This document shows positions 53,352 to 64,000 of a DNA stretch of 64,000 bases, in pieces; position 1 is the stretch's first letter; the number at the start of each line of letters is the position of its first letter. The stretch covers positions 7,276,101-7,340,100 of the forward strand of contig NC_092677.1 of the NCBI RefSeq assembly GCF_964355755.1, given 5' to 3'. Source of the DNA: Antedon mediterranea. Taxonomy: Eukaryota > Animalia > Echinodermata. The notes under the pieces are model-generated. The model saw nothing but the letters and a program-made list of their open reading frames with translations, made no database searches and was not told the origin of the DNA. The position numbers were made by a program, and so were the translations under genes.

Positions 53352-54379
53352 ATGTTTCGGATAATTATTGTTGCCATATTTTTACACGGTGTTTACATAG
53401 CAACTCATAGTAAGTATTTAATAGATCATACTTCATATTAAGGCCTACGACTGGCCATACTATATGTTTTGTTTCTGAATACATTATGTTGCACTTTTAT
53501 ATTTTAAAATAGGCCTAAACTTAAAGTGCAACATAAAGGTAAAACACGTCTCCGAATGTATGCCTCTTTAGACAGTGGAGTGTAACTTAGGCCTACAACA
53601 TTCTCATCAAGCAGAGTGACAAACAGTTTGTTTTATTTAAGGTTGCAACTTATTTACGTTCAATACGTCGATTTACTCAATTCATGTTCACAAAGAATCT
53701 GAGTCACCAGACGTCAGACCAACCCAATTACAGGCCGAGAAAATATGCATGTCGTCAGGCGGTCAACTTGTGAGTCTCACTACAGAACAAGAGTTGAAAG
53801 CTGTTTACAATTTTCTGAAGAACTTTTGCCCAATAATGTCGTACACAGTAGGGTTGTCACGTCAGAGTGGACTTGAGCGAAATGTTAGTCAAAACTGGGT
53901 CTGGTCATCAGGAGAGCAACATACTGGAGAGATCAACTGGGGGTTTACAGACCCAAATGTCGATAATTCTGAAACAGCCTTTGCTCGGTTATTTGTGGAA
54001 GAGGGTAATGTTGGCCTACCTATCTTCCTCGAAAATCCCGAAGAAGCTAAAGCAAATGGTTACATATGCGAGAAGCATAATGTAGGCAAGTTTGATTCAA
54101 CTTGAGATTAGATCAGATTTATAGCGAACGTAATTATTATATAACCCATTAAAATAAAGGGGACAACATTAAAATGTCCCATTATGTCTCGTAATTTGGC
54201 CGTTAGTGTATACTGCTATGATTCGTTTAGAAAAGTTTTTAGAGATTTGTTTTAAAGTTTTAATTTTCTTAATTTCAGACGAGTTATATTCGCCTTCAGG
54301 TATTCCATATTTTAGAAAAATGCAACTGTCTCCAAGATGCCGTCATCATGATTATGTGAAAAGAAGTGGTCAGTGCTAG
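53352..54379 (+). CDS. Secreted C-type lectin-like domain protein, paralog 2 (~200 aa)
   Basis: Exons 53352-53409 (MFRIIIVAIFLHGVYIATH), 53642-54085 (CTLD closely similar to paralog 1) and 54279-54379 (tail nearly identical to paralog 1). The second intron starts with GC (AG|GCAAGT). Confidence 0.82.
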
Positions 54380-55298
54380 AGATTGACAATTGTGTTGTTT
54401 AATTAAATGTATAATATGAGACTCAGTTAATACTAGTTAAGACAAAATGTATGTGCCAGCACTGCAGGCTTACTATTAAAACACACTTTATAGTCTCCAC
54501 TTCGTACGAGAATCGGATGAAACACATATTTCATGAGGCCCTAAACAACACTTCCAGATGCGATTCGAAGCAATAGTTGTAGGTCTAAGCTGTGCGGATT
54601 TTAGCCTATTTTCATCGTTACAAAGGCATCGTCTGTAGGCCTACATTATAGATGATGAAGTAGAACTCAAGATAAGACAACGCCAATGTTATCTCTTTTC
54701 GTTCATTATTACATTATACCTATACTATGTGGGAACATCGATGATGTTAGCATTATGTTCAGAATACATCATACATTTATGCTACTCCCCCCACTCCCTC
54801 CTTTGTACAATCATTATTAAATTATACATATTATTTTGGAGAAATTGAATTAGTACAACTTCAGCATTACGCTGAATACTCATAAATTTAGACAATGGCA
54901 TTGCTACTCTTCTTTTTTGTACAATCATTAAATTATACGTAGGTATAGTCATCAGGAAAATTGTCATCATTGTAGAATGACAATTGAATAATATTTCAAC
55001 ATTGTGCGGAATGTGTATACAATCGTTAGTATAAAAACACCATTGTTTCTCTCAGGTATTCATTAAATTACTACTGTACGTATATTGCTTTGAGAAAATT
55101 GACATTATTGTGGAATGCGACAATTTAATAATTACTTCTGTCCATCAATTTATATCAATTACGTTCATATTGTTATTCAACGAATCAAGCCATTAATAAA
55201 TGAACCGGACTTTTTCGTTTGTAATAAAAAACAATGCACTATACTCTGAAAAAGTTAATTCATCTGCAACGTTTGTATGAATGACAGTTACCGTAGCT

Positions 55299-56638
55299 AT
55301 GTCCTGGATTCCAATTGCGCTTGTTTCGTTATACATTCTCTGTATATTCGGTAAGTATAGGCCTATTTAACATTAATATTTTAAATTCTGGTTAATGAAT
55401 GCATTGACCTTGACTTGCCCCAAATCTGTATTCATTGTTTTTATTTCGATTTTTGTCTGAAAATTTACAAGCTCAATAGTATATGTATGAAACACTATAA
55501 ATATCATTATTATTATCTTTCACTATAATATTAAGTCAAAGATTTATATGGATCTAGCATTGACCATGTTGTCCAGAATGTTTAAGTTTGTACAAGTTGT
55601 ATACCGTATCGACAATTTCGTGTGTGGGATTCAGATTTATATGTTTCTTTAAATTCCAAATCATATTGTTGTCTGTTGACTGAGTGTGTATTGACCAAGT
55701 GACACCCATGAACTTTTCAGAAGCGATTTTAAAACTTTCGCTTCCAAATTTATGTTTCTTTAAAATAATTCCAATTCATTGTAGGTTGTAATGTACAGTT
55801 TAACTACAAATCATCAACGTACACTGTAATAACCACCAAACCAGATACGCTGTTGCCCTGGGTAAACATCAGTAAAATCTGCAAATCATCTGGTGGTTTT
55901 CTGGCGAGCCTCACCTCGGTAAATGAAACAGAAGCCGTCGTGGAGTTCGTAACAGAGCAATGTAGTGGTGTTGGTATATACATGATTGGGCTTTCACGGC
56001 AATCCGGATTAGAACGTAACATATCAGAAAACTGGATATGGGAAACTGGAGAAGTCTTCACTGGAGACATAAGCTGGAGTACAAATGATCCGAACATACC
56101 AAACTTAATTTTTAGTGGAGTCAGAATTTACATAAGAAAAAACAAACCACCCGAACTTCGGGATTTTAATGCAGAAAAATCGAATATACCGAATAACTAT
56201 ATTTGTGAATTTAAAAAACGATTAGGTATGTAGGCGTATAAAGTAAAACCTCTTGCTGTTATAGATCAGTATTTTCCCAAAACAAGGCCATATACATGGC
56301 TGCAGTCGCGTGCTTAAGTTTGTGTTTATCGACCAACCGACCGACAAGAAAGAAAGATCGTTGAATTACTGTATTTTGTAAAAATCGGCGTAATGTGGCA
56401 TTTTTTGTTTGTGTATGTGCGTGTTTATTACCTTTTTTTATATTCGTTTTTTTAAATCTTTGTTTAAAGTCATGCTTAATATTTATACGTATTAATTTGA
56501 TTTTTTTTTTTGGGAGGACGTATCTTTTACTAATTTTTTGTTTTCTTAGATGCAAACTCCGCACCAAACACATGCTATGAAACATTACGTCAGTGTGTAC
56601 GTTGTCGTCGACCTGACAATTACAAGAAACTGAAATGA
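55299..56638 (+). CDS. Secreted C-type lectin-like domain protein, paralog 3 (more divergent)
   Basis: Exons 55299-55350 (MSWIPIALVSLYILCIF; in-frame upstream ATG at 55281), 55785-56225 (CTLD with IGLSRQSGLERNISENWIW) and 56550-56638 (DANSAPNTCYETLRQCVRCRRPDNYKKLK*). Confidence 0.8.
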
Positions 56639-57844
56639 TGATACTTCACAGAAAAATCCCAGGATACGTTTTCACAGTGTGTTGGTACGGTGTAATATAA
56701 TATAAACTTAGAACTGCGCAATTTATGTGCAGATACCGCTGTCTTAAGCGGCCCATATAGATGTCGAAGTCAATTAGTATGTAAATATCATCATCAGAAA
56801 AGTCTCAGATATAACCAAATTTTCCTTTTTTATGTAAGGTAAAATGTTTGCATGTGTGAATCAGGTTGGTTGCACATATTTGATGCCGGCTTATTTCTAC
56901 ATATAATAAGATGTTTAAGATGTAGAAGAACATCTATTGTAAACTATATTGCAAGCAACAAGTAGTGCAGGTCTACATACTTGCAGTTTAAAGAGAAAAA
57001 CAGTTTTACATATTTTGGAATGCTTTCGTAACGTTATAATATATTCTTAGCAAATATAGAATCGCAATATTTATCACATTCATTGAGACGTTGCAACGTT
57101 TTGGCAAAACTCAACATTAACATATACGGTAAAGCTCTGTGTGTTATATAAATATAAATATCCATATATTTGCAGAAAATTGCAGAATATGTGGAATTAT
57201 ATTGGAATGTTTCATAATTGGGAATATTGAATGCAAAATTCCTCGTTAAGATTCTTTTGACAATTTCAAGTTCTTCATAATTAGAATCATTGTTGCTCTA
57301 TCATAATAATCCTAAGTGGCCAGCCTGATCTAGCCAAAATGCATACTTTCATCAGGGAAGAGCACAGTCTTCCTTGCTTTTATATAATTTTCACTTCTTT
57401 TCTTACCAACAATAATAACTTGACTTCATCAATGTATTTAAAATTTATGACGATTTTGTTATAAGCCTCTGCACTGCATCTAAACTAAGTACAAGTTACA
57501 AGTTACATTTAAATTTCACATTGCAATACCATCTGACTCTTTGTGCTTTGTATCTTAGGAAAGTTCCTTGATACAATACATAATGTAATACCTGTATCTG
57601 TATAAATGAAATTATTTTAATGGTCGTTTTAAAATTTGTGTAATAAAAAGGTTATATTATACTGTGTGACAATGAATTTATGAAATTTTCATTTGCATTC
57701 GAATCAGCTGTAATACTATGACATGGATCAATACATTCACAACATAACAACATTTATCATCACAAAACAGCAAATTTGTCTCCTATCTCATTCTCAATCT
57801 TCTTATCCAACCCGTTTATATGTTTCTCTATAAATAATATCTCA

Positions 57845-60800
57845 TCACAGCGGCTTCTGCTGAACATTTTGTTTATTTTCTTCGTGAGCAGCTTCAAGGA
57901 TCTCTCTACCTCCATTTTCTAAAATCTTGATGGCCAGATCAGTCCCCAAATCCTCCACAGCTTTCAATGCTTCACTGCATTTGCCAGGAGCCACTATACT
58001 TGAATATGCTTGTCTATTATCAGATTCTCGGATTTCCTTTAAAGTTTTAAAAATATATTATAAATATTTTTTTATTCTTTTTATTAAACCTTATTTAGTG
58101 AGGGTAACCCAAAACAACATATGCTGACAATCAAGGGCCCTCATATAAAAAAAAACTATTGATATCATTATTAGTTGTAAAATTTTAAAAGTTTTTTCAA
58201 ACGTTTAAAAGTCTGGTAATACTGCATACTGTTATTTAGGATAATTAAGATTATCCATCACGGTCAGTGCTTTGTTAAAACATTAATTATATTGAGACTT
58301 TCTGGGTTTCAGAGAGGTCCGGTTGGGAGAGTTGACTATTTAAAAATTAGACTTACAGATGAAGAACTAAAATCTACCCTTGTTGACATTGACATCTTCA
58401 CACACTCTGACCCATCAAGACTCAATGCAGCCGCTGTCAAGTGAAGCTGTTATAAGCAAGAATGAATTGAATGAAAGTATAGACAGTATTTCTCAGGGGA
58501 AAATCGGTATTATAAACTTATATGCATATTAAACAATTTGACAAAGAACAAACCAAACATTACCTCGCCTTCTTTAATATCAGTGTAGACTCCTACAGGT
58601 GCACTGCATCCACCTTCAAGTTTACGTAACAGAGCACGCTCAGCTACGCATTCTAGTAATGTATCCATATGTTGTAATTTTGATAGACATTCAATCATTT
58701 TATCGTCATCTGCTCTAATTTCTACAGCCATTGCTCCTTGACTAACAGAATACATGCATTCATTTGGTCCTAGCACCTAGCAGGCATAATAAAATGTTTA
58801 AAATTGTTTGAGAATATTCTACTTTTTTAGATAGAAAAATGGATACCTTAGTAGAGTGCAATGCAATGTCAATTTCCCCCAAAATGAATACTGTATAATT
58901 AATATATATTTATGAATATAAAGCATAAAGACTACAAGCCAATAGCCAGGATGTTTGCAGTGGGAGTTCTTTGTTCTGCAAATAGAGGCAAGTAAGTAAC
59001 AATATATACAGTATATGACATTCCCTACCTGATTTATTCGTGAATTCCATCCCATTCGTTCAAGACCTGCTTTTGCTAGTACAAGAGCACTGTAGTCATT
59101 GGCATCATCTAATTTTCGCAAACGTGTGTTAAGATTTCCTCGCTTTTAATTGAATAAAGGAATAATAATTGAAAAAATTGTTTGAAAAACAGATCAATTA
59201 CCTCCAATCATCTCATAAATATTCAGGTTTCTGTAAACAACGCCTATGACAATACAAGGCAATACTTTTGTATATTATGTTAAACAAAGGATACCACGTC
59301 TTTAAAAGCTAAATGAGGGTAACTTTTCTTTAGCTGTGCTACTCTTCTTACTGAACTTGTTCCAATTACACTGACAAAAAAACACACACATAAATTAGAA
59401 AATAATAAAAATAAATAATATATTAAAATATTATTGTATATAACACTGAGGAGATACAAATTCTATGTTAAAGACACATTATCTGCAATTTTTAACATTT
59501 TGTATTTATGTTGGTAACATATGCAGTCTGCGACCTTAAAATAATGCATCTTTCTTAAATGAAAGTCATAAGTGAGTGATATTCAATTGTTTGTAATAAC
59601 TATAAAACGATAAATCACAATTCAAAATGTACAAAATTCAATTAGGCTAGTGTATATTATAAATATAAACAGACCTGCCTGATGGTAATGTTCGTAATGT
59701 TTTCCCAGCATACCTTGGATGAAATACAACTGCATCATGGGGATCATCACGTCTACAAATATGGAAAATTAGGTAATAATAAATCTCTTTCTACACTATC
59801 AAACTAGTTTGACAAAAAAGTGTGATGTGCCAAAATATGACATCATCATGTCCATATATGGTCACATCACATTTTTTTTGTCACATAAAAATTGATAGTG
59901 TAAACAGAATTGTAATTACTGTATACTTGATCAACGTTGAGCCTCCTCCTACTACTACTACTACTACTACTATTACTACACTTTACCCAACTTTAGATGT
60001 AGCTCATGTTTTCAGTGTGTTCATTTTTTTAATTATTAGATTTTACCACTGGATTGACAATTTGTGTTTAGCATACAGGTAAAACTTATTATAATTCATG
60101 CATGATTGTCAGTACAGTAAATGCATACTTATAGACAGCTGCAATCACCATTCCATCAGGCAGTGTTGTTGGTAAATCCTTTAATGAATGCACTATCATA
60201 TCTACTTGTTTAACAGCTAGTGCTTGTTCCAACTCCTTGGTAAATAAGCTTTTCTCTCCGATCTTAGATAATGCTTTATCCTGAATCTTATCGCCTATTG
60301 TTTCCATTGTTTCTGAAATAAATAGGTTATTATTAATAAGTATTTATTGCAATATTTTATCAAGTCATCTTTTTATTTTCTAGTGCCAATAGAGTTGGAG
60401 TAGAGTATCAGAATTTATGTACAAGAATCCTTCAACTTACCAATCTGAAATTCTTTTTCTGAATAGATTTCTTTTAATGCACTTATAATTTTTCTTGTCT
60501 GTATCATTGCAAGCTATGAGGAGAGGATTAAAGAGACACTTATCATATCATTAGAAATTGGCTATTAATATTAATAATTTATGCTAAATATGAGAGGTGC
60601 CTAGTATTGTAAAATTAAAAAAATTGATAAATGCATTTTCTGTGAATATCTTTCTATCTATTTTATACAGTAATTTTCATCTATACGTCTCACTCTATTA
60701 CTATTAGAACACAATATTAACAAATATTTAAAAAATTCATACTCAAAAAATTTGAATTGTATCATCATTTAAATTCTTAGATATATAGCCTTAGTTAGGT

Positions 60801-62546
60801 AGATTAGATAATAAAAAGTAAAGTACTACTACTAGCCTAGGCCCCTAGTTAGTACTAGTAAACTAGTTAGTAGAGTTAGAGTAGAGGAAGAACCTCATTT
60901 ATTAATATTATTTATTATTAATATAATAATAGTAATCGTAATTAACATTTTAAATATAAATTTATTGATTTGCTATTCAATAAGGGATCAGGTGCCGTTT
61001 TCGGCCACCTTGACTTATATGGACTATACCATTATTATGGTAGGGGTGTGGTGTATTATGTTTTATGTATAGAAGGGTGTCTATTGAATGGGAAGACAAT
61101 ACAATTGTTCTGTTATGTAACATACAGTACAAACTACTGTACAAGAAACAATACAGAACATCAAAAACTAGCAAGCATGCACTTTTTAATAAGGCATGTT
61201 ATTACTGTATTAGGCACTGTGTTACGCAATGCCAAGATTTTGTAACAATATTACTATATTAACTAGGCCTATGTATAACTTACTTACTAAATACTATATA
61301 TAAAAACTAACCTAAACACTATAGTATAATCAAAATTAAAACATATTAAATACTATGTTATGCCTCTCTTGATTTCAACACATTAAATTTTAGTACAATC
61401 GGATTCGAAATTAGAAAATCTTAAATACTAAGTAGATAGGTAGATAAATCATATTTTTTATTTGCAAGGGATAAATCTCAACATCATGGATTTGAACCTG
61501 GTATCGGTAGACGAACATAATTGAAGATTCATTGACATAATTATATGTTTTTTGTTTGTTTTACCTCACCAGATACATTTACATTTAATTCTAAGTGTAA
61601 AACGAATTAGATACAGAAACACAATTCATATTCATTGACATAATTATATGTTTATTTGTTTTACTGATTACTGATACATTTACATTTAATGTTAAATGTA
61701 AATAAATGAAACGATTGTAGATACAGAAACAAAATGGTAACAGATTCATTGACGATATATATATATTATGTACAACGACTCGGCTATAGTTGGATACGAT
61801 TATTCTCTGTACCTTTCTGAGATTATTCGATTTACCGATTATGGCAACAATTTTCTTGAAATAAACATAAATAAACATAATTGGTCTGACAGTATACATT
61901 ACTTAAAGGAAAGGAGGCAGAGATTGTTAACAATTATAAGTATCTGGGAGTAGTGTTTGATTAAAGCTTAAATAGGTGGACATGTTGATCATATAGTTAA
62001 GAAGTTAAATACAAGGCTGACTGCTTGAGGAAACTCAATTCTTTGGGGTAAAGCAGGATATTTGTACTATAGAATGTTTTACTAATCAGTGATGTTCTAT
62101 TTGGGGATATTGTATGTTGGGCTGAGAATATTTAGTAAGTGAATGTGGGGATCACCAAATTGAGAAGGTGCTGGGAGCGGGGAAAGTATAAATTGGCTTG
62201 TCTATGCAATTGCTTGCCGATGTATTCCATGCTATATTGGAAGACATGAATCATCCTCTTCATTGCGACATTATCAGCTCCGTTTTGCATTCGTTATTGT
62301 AACGTTTTTTTTTAACAGAATTTAAGCATTATAAGAATCCACACAAAGAGGCTGGCTAGGCTGAGACATGCCTACTTCCTCAATCATCAGTCCTAAAAAC
62401 GCCGGGTCTAGGCCTATACAACACCCGGTGTCAATCAAAATCTTATCTTCTACAGCTGCTAGCCTAGCTTTAAAAAATATATTACAATAATTTACCTCGC
62501 TCTTTCTGGAGCCAACGCGAATAACGTTCTCCGTCTCATCTGCCAT
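57845..62546 (-). CDS. HMBS: Porphobilinogen deaminase / hydroxymethylbilane synthase (~356 aa)
   Basis: Exons 62546-62496, 60513-60441, 60312-60129, 59752-59675, 59370-59295, 59142-59029, 58776-58564, 58446-58357, 58036-57845. Motifs [54 protein letters not shown] and LEGGCSAP (cofactor Cys). Confidence 0.96.
59143..59294 (-). other. U12-type (minor spliceosome) GT-AG intron in HMBS
   Basis: 5' splice site GTATCCTTTG; branch-site-like TCCTTTAT at 59161-59154, close to the 3' AG; no polypyrimidine tract (…TCAATTAAAAG). Confidence 0.85.
59785..59908 (+). repeat. Short ~150-bp MITE family, internally deleted copy (HMBS intron)
   Basis: CTACACTATCAAACTAGTTTGAC...TTGATAGTGTAAACAGA; lacks the internal 19-bp repeats. 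Confidence 0.75.
61524..61753. repeat. Degenerate ~105-115-bp tandem duplication in HMBS intron 1
   Basis: ATTCATTGACATAATTATATGTTT...GATACATTTACATTTAAT...TAGATACAGAAAC occurs twice, plus the start of a third unit. Confidence 0.7.
61900..62275 (+). mobile_element. Degraded non-LTR retrotransposon (reverse transcriptase C-terminal region) fragment
   Basis: With stops and frameshifts it translates to [16 protein letters not shown]...[13 protein letters not shown]...LRKLNSLG...[10 protein letters not shown], typical of the CR1/L2/Rex1-group RT thumb and C-terminus. Confidence 0.72.
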
Positions 62547-62689
62547 GTCCTCAAATTTGCATTTAATGTTTTGGAAATTGCGTATATTTCACGTTTTTTA
62601 TGACATGTGTGCGTTTCACTAGCTGTATTTATTTATTCGATCGCCCAAAAGTCATGAATTATAGTTCGCGTTTAGTATTTAACTGACCT

Positions 62690-62765
62690 TTACTTCCGTG
62701 TCAATTGTGACCAATGAGAACCGACATTTAACCTAATCTATAATGGGGGGGAGGGGCCGGCGGGA
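62690..62765 (-). promoter_or_regulatory. Putative HMBS housekeeping promoter
   Basis: ETS site ACTTCCG at 62692-62698, CCAAT at 62711-62715 and a G-rich Sp-like box at 62744-62760, about 150-220 bp upstream of the ATG. Confidence 0.45.
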
Positions 62766-63057
62766 GAGAGACCACCAACAGTTTTTTTTACCCGAAAAAA
62801 ATTTAAAATACAGTATATCCAATTATTAATACTGTACACATTAGATTATAAACAATATTTACCCGATAAATTCAGGTTTGGTTACATTTACCGAAATGAA
62901 ATAAATCATGATTTTTGTCTTCTGTGAAATGGCCTACTTACTGTATTGATGTTCGTCTTATTCGTTATAAAGTAATTCTTGCCAAATTTATCAGCTTCAA
63001 CTTTCTCCTAAATTGTGCAAATTACAATGCAAAAGATAGGTTACTAGTTTGACTTAA

Positions 63058-63683
63058 AGACCCCTTCCCTGCAATTTTGGACGTTTTTTGGAAAATAATA
63101 CATATATATCACTTTAAAAACATTAAACCATGTCATTCCTTGTCTTAAATGTACGTTTTATGGTAAATTATGATAAAAAGTGAGAAACAATGCACTACCT
63201 AAGTAGCTCGCGGCGATCGACCTCTCGTGGACGGTCTTAGGCCTAGCCTGGCTAGGCTTAGTTTTGTAGGCCTAGCTGGTAAACATCGGTAACGTGCGAA
63301 CATCGTACGCTAGCTATATACCTAGCCTGACGTTGTATAGTTGCTGCATTAATTGTCTTTCTATTTTTGCCAGACTCCGTTGATACAAATTGGGGAAAAC
63401 CCGGTATTTTTGCTGAAAAGTTAGGAGTCTTCCATTTGTTTTGGCCTCACGATCGATCGAAAAGTGGGCGAATTACAGGTGAAAAACAAAAATATCAATC
63501 CGCGCGCAATGCATTTTGGGATTTATAGCGGGCCGCTATAATTATTAAAATCGACTTATTTTTCACATTTTTAACCGTTTAAAGACAAAAAAAGTTATCG
63601 CAATAGGACCATATAGTATTATTTTTACATTAAATATAGTTTGTGATCTTAAATTAGATCTAAAAAACGTAGGGAATGGGGCT
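63058..63683 (-). mobile_element. Kolobok-like MITE, copy 2 (inverted relative to copy 1)
   Basis: Reverse complement of 1303-1928, same length, about 11 substitutions by eye; TTAA at 63054-63057 and 63684-63687. Confidence 0.88.
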
Positions 63684-64000
63684 TTAACTTTGCCATATAA
63701 AAAAAATCAACCCTTTGAGGTGACAGGGCATTATTCTGCCATTTTGGTTTTTTAATCAAACCAGTCAAAGATGGTACATCATGGTTTAAAGATCAAATAT
63801 CAGGATCTGCTGCCGTATTCACCAATTAACAAATTCTCGACGTGAATACCATGAACAAATCAAATACTGTATAACTATATTAACTTAAATGTGAAAAAGT
63901 GAAATGTATATAGAGAAAATACAGTAATATGCAATTGGTGAATACAACTATGGCACCTACTGGTGCCTGGAAAAAGAAATTGCTTGGTCTACGATTTTGA

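Noticed and set aside
59941-59980. Poly-Thr ORF (59822-60082)
   Set aside because: A (CTA)n microsatellite plus a MITE, antisense within an HMBS intron.

Overview
AT-rich, intron-rich animal genomic DNA. An invertebrate deuterostome such as an echinoderm is my inference from gene content and repeat types, not something the sequence proves. I reconstructed gene models by hand from splice sites with consistent intron phases. On + lies a 22-coding-exon nephrin/SNS/Hibris-family gene (14124-34916: signal peptide, 9 Ig, FN3, TM, C-terminal GFLV). On - lie FDXACB1, RMDN1 and a single-exon F-box gene. These are followed by three tandem, secreted, atypical C-type-lectin-domain genes on + and HMBS (porphobilinogen deaminase) on -. 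Introns and intergenic DNA hold many non-autonomous elements: Kolobok-like TTAA MITEs (including two ~98% identical inverted copies bracketing the window), PIF/Harbinger-like MITEs, an IS3EU-like foldback, a Helentron/HINE, hAT-like MITEs, a tRNA-derived SINE and a LINE remnant. The most notable points are a U12-type minor intron in HMBS, a GT-to-GC donor switch in one lectin paralog, the lectin cluster's remodelled cysteine pattern and lost sugar-binding motifs, and a Penelope-type hammerhead-like motif. No prokaryotic system or CRISPR array is present.
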